64,000 nt of DNA from Promethearchaeota archaeon (GCA_016839555.1 JAEOUA010000012.1:96001-160000); one strand, 5' to 3'. Shown: positions 32,401 through 42,321, counted from the stretch's first letter. Numbers and translations are program-made. Notes: generated by a model from the sequence alone, not told the origin.

Positions 32401-33821
32401 GAAATAATTACTTTTTCTAAAAAAAAATCCAAATAAAAATAATATTTGGTTAAGATGAAGAATTTCCTTTTTTCTTTTATTTCTCCACTAATAAAGTGAT
32501 TATTAATCATACTAGTAATAATCGGACGAAAATCTCTGATTTTAACTTGATCCCTTGGATATTTTGAATTAAACTTATCCATAATATCTGTTAAGGATAC
32601 TATACTTTTTTCAGATAAACGCTCATAAAACTCCGAAGCTAAAATCTTTTCACGAGGCGTAAGATTGCGAAGATAGTTCTTAAATTCAATTTGATTATTT
32701 AAAATTTTTAAGTTAAAAGTATAATTTAAATTAATATAGGATATAATCTCATCAAGCACTTCATCTAATCCAAATAAACTATTAAGTTGATTTACATCTA
32801 TATACTCATTTTCTTCAATTTCCTTAAATATAACCCGCTCTATCTCCTCTATAAATTTTTTCCAGATTATGGAAAGAAGAATTATTAATTTTGAGAATTT
32901 GATTAACCCTATGGCATCCCATAGAGCTTTGGAAATTAAAATCCTATTTAAATTAATATTAATATAAGAATAGATTCCAGAAGGATTATAATCTAATAAC
33001 CAGGCGTAGTTTTCTAAAATATATGAAATCCAAAATGTTGTGTTAATTTTTCCTTTCTCTTTTTTAAAACTAAATCCACCATCATCCTTATGAAATTGGT
33101 GCAAATATTGGATAGAGTCTTCTTCCACCTTGTATTCCAAATCTAAATATTTAAGACAAAGTAATTTAAAAACAATGGAAGGTTCTGTTTTTAACCTATT
33201 TATATATAAGGAGAATTTTGATTTATAGGTTCTTACATCAATACCTAATATGGTAAATAGTTCCAAAACATAATAGAGGGTCCTTGCAGGAGATGCTTTT
33301 TTACATATTTCACAATTGTGCTCAAGACAATGAACAAATCTCTCATTTTTATCATGATTTTGAATAAATTCTTTTATTTGAGTTAAAATAACTTCTTCTC
33401 CTTTAGAATTTAAATAAATCTCTAAATATCCCATTAAATGAAGGGATATCATGGCAAAATATGTTGACCATAGATCAGCTTTTTTTTGTGGAGAATATGG
33501 TGATAATCGAAATCCTAATGAGCTTCCTTCAATTTTTTCACATTGTAAAATAAAATCATAAATCTGTTCCTTTATATTTTTTTGTAGATCTTTTTTCAAA
33601 TATTTTTTAAGTAGTAAAAACCAAAAAATGTGTTCCAAATTAAGGGAACTATTAAAAAGATTTTTCGTGAAATAAATGAAAAATTCACTTATATTTTCAT
33701 ATCTACTAAAAAAAAAGGATCCGATTGCTTTTCTCTTTATCAGAACAAACGATTCAAAGGGCTCCTTCTTAAATACTGTTATATAGGGGTACGCAGTTTT
33801 ATTTAATTGAGCAATCGTCAA
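29406..33821 (-). CDS. Large protein: N-terminal prenyltransferase-like repeats, long coiled coils, winged-helix (PCI-like) segments, 2 C-terminal TM helices
   Basis: ADLWSTYFA and FHKDDGGF repeats; heptad-rich E/K stretches; LISSGELPGKYD-type motifs; hydrophobic C-terminus. Confidence 0.6.
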   Translation of the reverse strand: MTIAQLNKTAYPYITVFKKEPFESFVLIKRKAIGSFFFSRYENISEFFIYFTKNLFNSSLNLEHIFWFLLLKKYLKKDLQKNIKEQIYDFILQCEKIEGSSLGFRLSPYSPQKKADLWSTYFAMISLHLMGYLEIYLNSKGEEVILTQIKEFIQNHDKNERFVHCLEHNCEICKKASPARTLYYVLELFTILGIDVRTYKSKFSLYINRLKTEPSIVFKLLCLKYLDLEYKVEEDSIQYLHQFHKDDGGFSFKKEKGKINTTFWISYILENYAWLLDYNPSGIYSYININLNRILISKALWDAIGLIKFSKLIILLSIIWKKFIEEIERVIFKEIEENEYIDVNQLNSLFGLDEVLDEIISYINLNYTFNLKILNNQIEFKNYLRNLTPREKILASEFYERLSEKSIVSLTDIMDKFNSKYPRDQVKIRDFRPIITSMINNHFISGEIKEKRKFFILTKYYFYLDFFLEKVIISDIKINSERIFEEKKVLNEIKNDIYNMTLKLKNIASQIEEEIESYLLIDEIEIAKERLKYIIRNALMEADFLNENIENSFNEDLYYISIKATLFHEIKQWHKLYSILSKKLNEIDIQLKEKISNKEELQKYKIILDELENRLRNLEHHFNKRIDGFRSFISDTLEEEFSDEKLNLIFEEYNKIINEVEKFDEKIYAISQKITSKNKKLNQKHKEIISYWVSIKNELNQVFNYYSKGLNFFKEIETTLNNIDNELNNELSVILNKSKKKVRNNQFQEAFELIKKESDVLIDNKLEQLLELQKEVREESRSRQKLYILFRYLQEKLEESEEQLIEKVAEGIQDVKHKVIEERNRIIIEQFDTFISEKINDCRNKLIDYKKELDQKDLSDLNVKEISDGFNAILTYYNEYDNSYNEKLKENRSLIENFDEKSNLTIMQWERFKEYIENEIKNLKKEYINDFIHDKVLLLAKKSDSSYLDIKDVAKYIEMKLKDTVPRIKQLIDISKINGKLLEDDKILLLYTDHYYKNKELRNFINNKIIQYNNQTIGKTLALYDSCIKNRTLKINLNELAERIKDLEDFDKAMRERFRNKVKELDIDIESNKEFKASQNYFQNIVKDSDLAVKSIENNLTIFKNLQSFIDKKFTQLKENFSSFVNNMNKNIEESDSYNLIKEKFEQKKEDYNSMIKNTEEEILDRLDESLEKDENTKKLSPEIREHFIRKKEEFMIKFNEELKNLNHNLLIKKNELFRTSLVNYINTSKIQLNHLLGKLQTRIEDYIDTNEFKRANLRLDKRVENIEDTINEINAQLRKIIREFNKQAKDFETKNKHILIDFSKYINEFKVVLCEKSKSLESEILKSFIQMAIKAVANEFLTIGFIKKELKIKKQNIQDHLLTLISSGELPGKYDPRLNIYYESPEILDKLDEDELKVIKSMNYKVYRFLNRLKNITKHYYPIIAFFASFLTLSFYLLRVTNWNPWSLIIPGLIITGIIYLLIWRKKDEV

Positions 33822-33978
33822 GAACTATTTTTCACCGATTTTTTTTGATAATAATAATAATTTAACTATATATTTTTCACTATTAAGATAAAAAACTCCT
33901 ATTTTAAACAAATAAAAAATTTTAAAATCTAAACTAAAAAAATAAAAAAAATAAAAATAAAAAGAAATTTTGAAGTTT

Positions 33979-34689
33979 TTATGGTTTTAATCCTAAATAT
34001 AAAAAGACTGCGGAAACGATAATAAACATTCGAACAATAGATAAGAATGCTCCTGGTGGTATTAATGTATCAAAGATAGCTGCTACTGGAAAAATAAGAA
34101 ATGCTAATCCTAAATAGATAAATTTTTTCTTTACTATTCCTGTAGATTCTCTTGCCTTTAGAAATGCCCCTAGACCATTAAATATTATAATTGTGAATAT
34201 TATAATCGCCAATGCATAAAATGTGAAAAACGCGAAATTTAAAGAAGTATCAATAATATTTTCTCCTGTTGGATATGGATCTGGATATATATATGAATCG
34301 TATGGAAATATCAGTAAGCCTATTTCAAATACTATGCCAACAACTAAAATAAATCCTAAGATATATTTCTTTTTATTAGGAGCAATTAATTCGGCTCCTA
34401 TATTCAAAGCTATGAAAATAGCAGGAGCAACCCAAATATAACTTGCATAGACATATATAAATTTTATATCTTCAGGAATATTTGTCCCCGTAAATAAAAT
34501 CTTGGTAAAATCTAAAGCAGGACCAGACCAAAGCAAACCAATCATTATTATCATTACACCAGCATATTTCAGTAATTTAGCATTTAATTTATAAGCTCGG
34601 TATACTATATAAATTCCAATAACTAGATCAATTATAAGTACCCCTAGTGCTGAAAGACCGTTTAAGTACCCATTTAAACTAAGAGCCAT
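33979..34689 (-). CDS. Uncharacterised ~7-TM membrane protein
   Basis: Seven hydrophobic segments, no soluble domain. Confidence 0.7.
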   Translation of the reverse strand: MALSLNGYLNGLSALGVLIIDLVIGIYIVYRAYKLNAKLLKYAGVMIIMIGLLWSGPALDFTKILFTGTNIPEDIKFIYVYASYIWVAPAIFIALNIGAELIAPNKKKYILGFILVVGIVFEIGLLIFPYDSYIYPDPYPTGENIIDTSLNFAFFTFYALAIIIFTIIIFNGLGAFLKARESTGIVKKKFIYLGLAFLIFPVAAIFDTLIPPGAFLSIVRMFIIVSAVFLYLGLKP

Positions 34690-34976
34690 TTAATTATTTC
34701 ACCATTTATATTAAATTTTTTAGATTTCAAAAAATAACTAATATAAAAATATGTTTTTAGTCTTTATAAAATATCCTTTATTTGAAAAAAATTCAAAACT
34801 AATTGTTTAAGATTGGTAAAATTAATATAATAAATTTTGCTAATTAATTGAATACCACCTTCTATTCAAGATATTAGATTTTTCAAGAGATAAATTCTTT
34901 AAGTTTTAAATTTTTTTATAATAAAAAGTGAGCTATTAATAATTTTTTGAAAATATTTTTGAATCAGTGAATTGAG

Positions 34977-36161
34977 ATGGTTTCAAGGAGATTAAAAGAT
35001 CTGCAGTATGCGATTAGGGATATAGGAGTTATCGCTGAAGAAGTCGAAAAAGCTGGAAAGCAAATTTATCATTTAAATATTGGAGATCCTGTGATATATG
35101 ATTTTAAAACACCAAATTATATTTCCCAAGCATTAGCTGATGCGACGTTTGCGGGGCAAAACTTTTATGTTAATTCTCTGGGTGTTCCAGAGTTAAGAGA
35201 AGAAGTATGTAGATATGAAAAAAATAAAAATTCTATTAATATCACACCCGATGATATCTTGATTACGAGCGGTGTTACAGAAGGAATTTTCTTCTTATTA
35301 GCAGGTTTATTGGAAAATAATGAAGAGATATTGGTACCAGGACCAACATATCCCGTATATCTCAATTATGCTCAATTTTTCGATGGAATCCCAGTAGAAT
35401 ATGAATTAAATGAAAAAAATGAATGGGAACCGAATATTGATGATATAAGAAAAAAGATTTCACCGAAAACAAAAGCCATTTTAATAAGCTCTCCGAATAA
35501 TCCAACTGGTACTTTATTTAGCAACAAAAAAATAAAACAAATAATTGATTTGGCAGGAGAATTTGATATTCCCATCCTTTCGGATGAAATTTATGATCAA
35601 ATTGTTTTTGAAAAACAATACACTTGTCCCGCTACACTCAGTAAAGATGTTCCCATTATAGGTTTAAATGGTTTCTCTAAAGCTCATTTGGCTACAGGTT
35701 GGAGGATGGGATACCTTTACTATTATGATCCGCAAAATAGACTCACAGAATTAAAAAAAGGAATCGAAAATATGGCTCGGGCAAGATTATGTGCCAATTC
35801 AATCGCTCAATATGCTGCAATTGAAGCATTAAAAAACCCGGGACCCCATACAGAGGAAATGGTAAAAAAATTACGAAAAAGAAGAGATTATTCCTATAAA
35901 AGATTACGTCAAATTGAGGGGCTTAATTGCATTAATGCAGATGGAGCTTTTTATCTATTTCCCAAAATAGATATTACTAGCTTTAAAAAATGGAAAAATG
36001 ACAAAGAATTTGTTATCGATTTGCTTAGAAATACTGGAGTTTGTGCCGTCTATGGATCAGGTTTTGGAACATACGGAAAAAACCACTTAAGATTAACATT
36101 TTTGCCAGATTTACATCTCCTTGAAAAAGTATATAATTTAATTGAAGATTTCTTAAAATAA
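34977..36161 (+). CDS. PLP aminotransferase class I/II (AlaA-like)
   Basis: LNIGDP, SPNNPTG, SDEIYD, FSKAHLATGWRMG. Confidence 0.92.
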   Translation: MVSRRLKDLQYAIRDIGVIAEEVEKAGKQIYHLNIGDPVIYDFKTPNYISQALADATFAGQNFYVNSLGVPELREEVCRYEKNKNSINITPDDILITSGVTEGIFFLLAGLLENNEEILVPGPTYPVYLNYAQFFDGIPVEYELNEKNEWEPNIDDIRKKISPKTKAILISSPNNPTGTLFSNKKIKQIIDLAGEFDIPILSDEIYDQIVFEKQYTCPATLSKDVPIIGLNGFSKAHLATGWRMGYLYYYDPQNRLTELKKGIENMARARLCANSIAQYAAIEALKNPGPHTEEMVKKLRKRRDYSYKRLRQIEGLNCINADGAFYLFPKIDITSFKKWKNDKEFVIDLLRNTGVCAVYGSGFGTYGKNHLRLTFLPDLHLLEKVYNLIEDFLK

Positions 36162-36229
36162 TTAAGTTTAATTATAAAAATTAGCAGAAATCATAAAAAA
36201 ATAGTATTTTACCATAAATTCCTTTTTTT

Positions 36230-37849
36230 CTACTTCTCAGTTTGTTTATAAGACTGTATCTTATTTAGTCCTTTCAATAATGCAAGCACACTACTCATTA
36301 CAATATCTTCATGTGTGGCGCTGGTCGTTACTATATAATGAGTATCTAAATCCATTAATTCTATCATTACATTTCCAAGAGCATCACTTCCACCGGTAAT
36401 AGCGTCGATATTATATTCAAGCAATTTTACTCTACTCATTGGTTCAAAACATTTAACTATGGCTTTTACAGAAGCATCTACAGGTCCAACACCGGTTGAT
36501 GATGCTAATTTTTCAATAAATTCTCCATTGTTTTTGATTTTAAGACGAACAGTGGAAGTAGGAGTTATAGAACCTGTTAATACTGTCAATTCATCGAGAA
36601 TAACATATTGTTCTTCTTCTGGAAGCTCTCCCATAACATCTTTCACGATTGCGAGAAAATCTTCTTCGGCAACTTCGTGCCCCTTATCTCCGTATCTTTT
36701 GACATTTGTAAATATCTTCTGAAATTGTTCATCTGAAGGATGAATCCCTAAGTCTTCTAATTTGGCTTTAAGCGCATGACCTCCTGTATGTTTTCCCAGC
36801 TTAATAGATTGTTTTACAATTTCTTCTACATTGTCTGTTCTTTTAATGCCGATTAATTCAGGAGTGATAGGCTCATATGCTCTCGCATTTTTGATCATTG
36901 CATGGGCATGAATTCCTGATTCGTGAGCAAAGGCATTCTGTCCTATTAAAGGTTGGAGACGACCAATTTTAATCTTGCCCCCGCAATAGCTTTCTATGAG
37001 TTTTGCGGTAGGAAATATTAATCTTGTATTTATATTCATTGGTACTTGATAAAGAGCATATAGAGACATCGCAGTTTCTTCAAAAGAAGCATTGCCAGCC
37101 CGCTCACCAAGCCCCATAATGGTTGTTTGAGCCTCTGACGCTCCATTTTCAAAACCTGCGATGGTGTTTGCTACAGCTAATCCAAAATCATTATGACAAT
37201 GAACTGCAATTCTAATATTTTTTGGTAAAGCTTCATAGTTTTGTCTAACAATAAATCCAAAGGCATTTGGGGAGATAGTGCCCACAGTATCAGGAATATT
37301 GACACGCGTGGCCCCATGCTCAATAGCTGTCTTATTCGCTTTTATTAAAAAATCAAGATCAGATCTCGTAGCATCTTCAGCTGAAAATAAAACTTTTTCA
37401 TAATGATCCTTCGCATAAGATACATGTTCAGCGATGCTCTCTATAACCTCTTGAGGGGTCATTTCTAGTTTTTCTCTCATATGTAATTCTGATGTGGCGA
37501 TAAAGACATGGATACTATCCATATCTGCCTCGATAACTTTATCTATATCCAATTTTTTCATCCGTGCTAATCCAATGATCTCGGAATTTAGTCCTAATTT
37601 TGAAATATCTCTACAAGCAGCAAAATCTCCCTCTGAGATTACGGGAAATCCTGCTTCAATAACATCAATTCCAAGCTCATTTAATGAGCTTGCTATTGAT
37701 AACTTCTCTTCGTGTGTGAACGATATGCCTGGAGTCTGCTCACCATCACGAAGAGTTGTATCAAAAAAATAAGCCTTATCAGGAAGCAATAGATTCTTCC
37801 TTAGCTTTTCCATCATAGTCGAAACATAAATTTCCTTCTTTTCCATCAT
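36230..37849 (-). CDS. leuA: 2-isopropylmalate synthase (LeuA/CimA family, with regulatory domain)
   Basis: DTTLRDGEQTPG, HCHNDFG, GERAGNA, HESGIH, GVGPVDA; upstream Leu-rich leader favours LeuA over CimA. Confidence 0.85.
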   Translation of the reverse strand: MMEKKEIYVSTMMEKLRKNLLLPDKAYFFDTTLRDGEQTPGISFTHEEKLSIASSLNELGIDVIEAGFPVISEGDFAACRDISKLGLNSEIIGLARMKKLDIDKVIEADMDSIHVFIATSELHMREKLEMTPQEVIESIAEHVSYAKDHYEKVLFSAEDATRSDLDFLIKANKTAIEHGATRVNIPDTVGTISPNAFGFIVRQNYEALPKNIRIAVHCHNDFGLAVANTIAGFENGASEAQTTIMGLGERAGNASFEETAMSLYALYQVPMNINTRLIFPTAKLIESYCGGKIKIGRLQPLIGQNAFAHESGIHAHAMIKNARAYEPITPELIGIKRTDNVEEIVKQSIKLGKHTGGHALKAKLEDLGIHPSDEQFQKIFTNVKRYGDKGHEVAEEDFLAIVKDVMGELPEEEQYVILDELTVLTGSITPTSTVRLKIKNNGEFIEKLASSTGVGPVDASVKAIVKCFEPMSRVKLLEYNIDAITGGSDALGNVMIELMDLDTHYIVTTSATHEDIVMSSVLALLKGLNKIQSYKQTEK

Positions 37850-37891
37850 TTTATTTTCCTATTCTAATTTAATTTAATTTAAAAATCAAAT

Positions 37892-37947
37892 GCCTTCTTA
37901 ATCGTATAAGATTTTTAGCCTCTAAATCTTATTACCAATTAAAAGGC
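37892..37947 (-). promoter_or_regulatory. Putative attenuator hairpin between the Leu leader and leuA
   Basis: GCCTTTTAATTGGTAATAAGATTT pairs with AAATCTTATACGATTAAGAAGGC (few bulges), followed by ATTTGATTTTT. Confidence 0.65.
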
Positions 37948-37950
37948 TCT

Positions 37951-38055
37951 TTATAATAATAAGAGTAGATTTAATATACTCAAAGATAAACTAAGGGATA
38001 AAATCTGTTTTAAATTTAGTTTTCTAAAAAGTATCGTGGTTTTCAATTGAAGCAT
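37951..38055 (-). CDS. Putative Leu attenuation leader peptide MLQLKTTILFRKLNLKQILSLSLSLSILNLLLLL (34 aa)
   Basis: Translated by hand; 15 of 34 residues Leu, ending in 5 consecutive Leu codons; AAGGA upstream of the ATG; about 100 nt before leuA. Confidence 0.72.
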   Translation of the reverse strand: MLQLKTTILFRKLNLKQILSLSLSLSILNLLLLL

Positions 38056-38261
38056 TTTTATTCCTTAGTAATATAATTGATATAAAAAATTAATTTTAGA
38101 ATTAAAAATTTATGATTCTTTTTTTCCTATTAAATCGAGCCTTCAGAATAAGTCATATGATTAATAAAAATTGGCTATTTGTTTCGTGTATGATAAAGTA
38201 TTAATATTAGATCATTATTAGTATAAATCAAACCAAAAAATTTAATAAAATTGTGATTATT

Positions 38262-38678
38262 ATGCCTAAAGCTGAAATAACAAAAGAAATTAAAGCATCT
38301 GCAGAGCGAATTTACTCGATATTAAAAGACAGAGAAGCAAATCCAGTTTGGAATATTACGGTAAACGAGGTCAATATACTCTCCGATACAAAAGCAAATT
38401 ATAAAACGACTGTCGGTGATTTAACACTTACCCTTACCGTAGATAAAAAGAATGAAAAGATTTTTAATGATGTAGAGGGAAATCCCTTAATGAAAACAAT
38501 GGAATATTCCATTAAAGCAAAAGGGGATATCTGTGATGTTACTATTGCCGCTGAATTTCCTGAACCAGACCAGGAACCTATATTAAGGACAGCGGGAGAT
38601 GTACTTTTAGTAAGTTTAAAAAAATATGCGGAATATTTAGAAGAAGGTGGAGATCCAAGCTCATATAAGAAAAAATAA
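38262..38678 (+). CDS. SRPBCC/START-like family protein
   Basis: IKASAERIYSIL..PVWN; C-terminal LKKYAE helix; paralog at 56334. Confidence 0.75.
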   Translation: MPKAEITKEIKASAERIYSILKDREANPVWNITVNEVNILSDTKANYKTTVGDLTLTLTVDKKNEKIFNDVEGNPLMKTMEYSIKAKGDICDVTIAAEFPEPDQEPILRTAGDVLLVSLKKYAEYLEEGGDPSSYKKK

Positions 38679-38749
38679 ATCTATTACAAAATCATATTTT
38701 TTTATTTTACTCTAATTTTTTAAATCTAAACCAAATTTTTTTGATTATA

Positions 38750-39937
38750 TTATAATCTTTTTTTTAAGATTTCCGCCATATCTTTTGAATTTAATTTCAC
38801 AGGATTGTTTTTTAAGCCAGTTAATTCAACTATTTTATCAATATCATCTTCGGTTATCCCATACTTTCCTAAGCTTTCTAAATGAAGTGTTTTTGTCCAG
38901 TTATCCAAATTAGTTATTAGAATCTCTAAATATTTTAACATTTCAGTATCTATGCTTCCTGATTCATTTGCAAGTAGCGCGCCTATTTTAGCATGCTTTT
39001 TCAAGGATTCTTTTCCCTTTTCACCCATTTCTTTTAATTTCTCTATATTCATATTTACCGCTTCCGCTAAAAGGGTTCCACATACAACTCCGTGAGGTAT
39101 CTCAAACAAACCACCAATGGAAGAAGCAAAACCATGAACAATTCCCAATCCTGCATTAGCAAGAGTAATCCCTGACATTAATGAACCATATGCTAAAGCT
39201 GTCCTTACTTTAATATTATCTTGAGCATTAGTGCATGCAGGAATGAGATTATCTTTCATATATTTCATACCACTATACGCTAAGGCATCAGTCATAGGAT
39301 TTGCCTTTGTAGATACATAAGAACCATAAAGTTGCGTAAACGCATCCATTCCGCAAGCGGCTGTTATAGAAGGAGGACAACTAAGTGTTAACTCGGGATC
39401 GATGATAGCTATGTTGGGGATGTAATTATCATGCCGTAAGGATTTCTTAAATCCATCCTCACCCACTTGGCTAATAACCGCATTTTTTGTTGCCTCGGAA
39501 CCGGTCCCTGAGGTCGTTGGAATCGCAATGAATGGTATTTTTTCTCCATCAGGTTTTTTGGTTCCAACTCCCTCTAAATAATTTTTTATTGAGTCTTGCT
39601 TTGGGATCATAGCTGATATTGCTTTTCCCGCATCTATTACAGACCCTCCTCCAATAGATACGATTACATCCAAGCTTTCTCTCCTGTATTGCATAGCATA
39701 TTCATCAACCAAGGAAGGGGATGGTTCACTTGAGACTGAAACATGAGAAGAAGTTATTCCCAATGTTTCCATATTTTCTATGATTTTTTCCCACGTGCCA
39801 GATTTTTTTAAAGAACTTTCACCAATTACAAAAAGTACATTATTTCCGAAAGAAGGTATTATATTGAATAAATCTGAAAGTTTTCCTGGCCCAAATATTA
39901 TTTTTGGAATACTTGCAAATTCAAAAGGTAAGATCAT
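38750..39937 (-). CDS. Iron-containing alcohol dehydrogenase
   Basis: GGGSVIDAGK, PTTSGTGSEAT, GMDAFTQ, HG..HGVVC; ATG at 39937 preferred over TTG at 39976. Confidence 0.92.
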   Translation of the reverse strand: MILPFEFASIPKIIFGPGKLSDLFNIIPSFGNNVLFVIGESSLKKSGTWEKIIENMETLGITSSHVSVSSEPSPSLVDEYAMQYRRESLDVIVSIGGGSVIDAGKAISAMIPKQDSIKNYLEGVGTKKPDGEKIPFIAIPTTSGTGSEATKNAVISQVGEDGFKKSLRHDNYIPNIAIIDPELTLSCPPSITAACGMDAFTQLYGSYVSTKANPMTDALAYSGMKYMKDNLIPACTNAQDNIKVRTALAYGSLMSGITLANAGLGIVHGFASSIGGLFEIPHGVVCGTLLAEAVNMNIEKLKEMGEKGKESLKKHAKIGALLANESGSIDTEMLKYLEILITNLDNWTKTLHLESLGKYGITEDDIDKIVELTGLKNNPVKLNSKDMAEILKKRL

Positions 39938-40427
39938 AATAAACTCATCATAAAGGTTTGAATATATTTTTTTCAATTAACTAATAAATATAATTGCTTG
40001 TCTTTTTTATATCTTTTAGATCATCTTTAGAATCACAAAAATAGATTAAGAACTATAGAAAAATTGTATTTTAATATTTAGATTAATCTAAAAATAATTC
40101 GGAAGAGATTTAGGTTATTTTTTTCCTTTAAATTGAGTTAGAACCTTTTTAAGAATAAGGACACGTTAATAAATGTGATTTATTTTCTAAATTTAAATTA
40201 GATGTCAAAGTTTTCCTTAACCCTTTTTATATATTTTTTTTAAACCAACGAACTCTGGTTTATAATTATAAAGATTTGCTTTTTATAAATTTAAATTCTT
40301 ATTCCTAAATATGTGATGCTGATACATACATAATTTTATGAAAATTCATTTCTATATGAATAGTTATAGCTTAAAAAATTAGAATTCTCGTAAAAATATA
40401 CATTCTCTATAGAAAAATTATTTTAAT

Positions 40428-40652
40428 TTGAAAAAATCAATTTTAATGATATTGAATCAAAATACTATTGAAATTTCAGAAATGCTTGATTTTTCTGATC
40501 AAGAATTAAATACTTTAGATAATGTCTTTTCCGATATAGATTTAACACCATTTTTCATTGGAAGCAAATGGGATATATTTAAAGCCACCATGAAACTAAT
40601 GTTTAAAGAAGGGGGAATAAAAAAATGGAAATTTTTAAAACGATTGTTATAA
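40428..40652 (+). pseudogene. Short ORF, possibly the C-terminal remnant of a larger gene
   Basis: Protein-like composition (LDFSDQELNTLDNVFSDIDL) but weak TTG start just after an in-frame stop. Confidence 0.3.
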
Positions 40653-40785
40653 TCTAAGATTTAAATTTTACCTGAAAGGATCATTCATTTCTCATTAAAA
40701 AATGAAAAATAGAAAAAGATACAAAAGAAACAAAAAAATAAAATATATTAAAAAAATAATCGATTTTTATTTGTTATAGTGTATT

Positions 40786-42321
40786 TTATTGTTTTTTGGT
40801 ATTTAATTCAATTATTTCTTTTGATGGTTCTTCTACCACTTCAAGTAGATCATATTTCGAAATCATTTCAAGAATTCCCAGTACATCTAACTGATGATCA
40901 TACAGTTCATTCGCATCTGAAAGATTCCTCCAGCAGAAGGGGCATTCAGTCGTTAAGATATCCGCTTCTACAGCATTAGCCTCGTCACATCGCAAACTTG
41001 CTGTACGTAATGAGAAATCAGGATATCCCGCTCGTACTCCGCCGCCTGCACCGCAGCACATCGAATTCTCCTTGATACGGTACATCTCAACGAATATAAT
41101 TCCTACATCTTCTTTTAATTTTCGAAGAATTACACGTGGTTTCTCAAACCACTTTTCAGCTTTTTCGTCGAGTAGTCGTATATCAAACATTAAATTATCA
41201 CTATTATTGATAATTTCTTGTTCAAAGCCCAGATAAAAGTGCCTTCCTGTGTGGCAAGGGTCGTGGTAAGTAACTTTTTTTCCTTTTAGTTCTTTGTTTG
41301 GTTTAAATTTGATTTCCCCAGTTAAATCCTTGATTTGATTATACTCCGCTTCTAAGTCTTCTAAAGTAGCTTTCAACCGTCTATTATCGGGATCTTTGTT
41401 AAGTTTCGCTTTTAGTTCTTTAATTTGTCCCGGGTATTCTCTTTTCTTTTGAGGAATTGAAATCATTTCAGAAATTAACTCAAACGCATGCTTGGTGATA
41501 AAAGGAAGTTCTTCACCTTCTCCCATCCATTTAGGATAGTCCACATAAAATGTTCTATAACATCCCGCACAAGAGAAAAACACTACATCATACGGTTTAA
41601 AATTCTCAAGATTTTTTTTCATTAATTCTTGCGCAGTATCTACGGAACCAATTCTAAAGAACGGACTACCACAGCATACTTCATCGCCCACAAGCGTAAA
41701 GTCAACTCCTAATTGTTCGAAAATCTTACAAGTTGCAATTGCAATGTTTGTTTGACGATAACTCGCGGTACATCCTACATAATACGCATATTTTGCGCCC
41801 TTATTGTCTATATATTTCTCAAGCCCCGAATCTTTTGCCCATTTAAATCTATCTTTAGCCTCTCCACCGTAAGGATTATTTCTCTCTTTCACTAATCTAT
41901 CAACAAATTCGTGCTTGTCAATCATAGGTATGCCAGCTTCTTTACATGCTGCTCGTAGGGACTCAATAATATCTACGGTTTGAACCTTATTCTCGCACTG
42001 TACGGCACACATACCACACGTAATGCAAGGCATAAACACATCGCGTACAGACTCACTAAATTCTAAATCGCCATCCATTATCGCCCTAGCAATCCACATT
42101 TTTCCCGCATTCCAGAAGGCTTCCCAACCATATTCTATTCCCGCAGGACAAGAATCAACCATACCTTCGTAAAGAACGGTTTGTTGTTTGCCTTTATATT
42201 CACCAATTCCTTCTCTACTTGGATCTCCAGAATACGTAAACTTACACGCTTTACAATGAATACAGCGGTATATATCTACTTTTAATTCTTCTAATCTATC
42301 CATTCCAGTTATATTTGACAT
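40786..42321 (-). CDS. Fe-S oxidoreductase, HdrD/GlpC-like (ferredoxin + two CCG domains)
   Basis: CIHCKAC, CITCGMCAVQC, YVGC, CCGSP, YHDPCH, CCGAGGG, ECPFC. Confidence 0.9.
   Translation of the reverse strand: MSNITGMDRLEELKVDIYRCIHCKACKFTYSGDPSREGIGEYKGKQQTVLYEGMVDSCPAGIEYGWEAFWNAGKMWIARAIMDGDLEFSESVRDVFMPCITCGMCAVQCENKVQTVDIIESLRAACKEAGIPMIDKHEFVDRLVKERNNPYGGEAKDRFKWAKDSGLEKYIDNKGAKYAYYVGCTASYRQTNIAIATCKIFEQLGVDFTLVGDEVCCGSPFFRIGSVDTAQELMKKNLENFKPYDVVFFSCAGCYRTFYVDYPKWMGEGEELPFITKHAFELISEMISIPQKKREYPGQIKELKAKLNKDPDNRRLKATLEDLEAEYNQIKDLTGEIKFKPNKELKGKKVTYHDPCHTGRHFYLGFEQEIINNSDNLMFDIRLLDEKAEKWFEKPRVILRKLKEDVGIIFVEMYRIKENSMCCGAGGGVRAGYPDFSLRTASLRCDEANAVEADILTTECPFCWRNLSDANELYDHQLDVLGILEMISKYDLLEVVEEPSKEIIELNTKKQ

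Noticed and set aside
34751-34810. Short uORF upstream of the aminotransferase (MFLVFIKYPLFEKNSKLIV)
   Set aside because: No cognate amino-acid enrichment or hairpin; not called a leader
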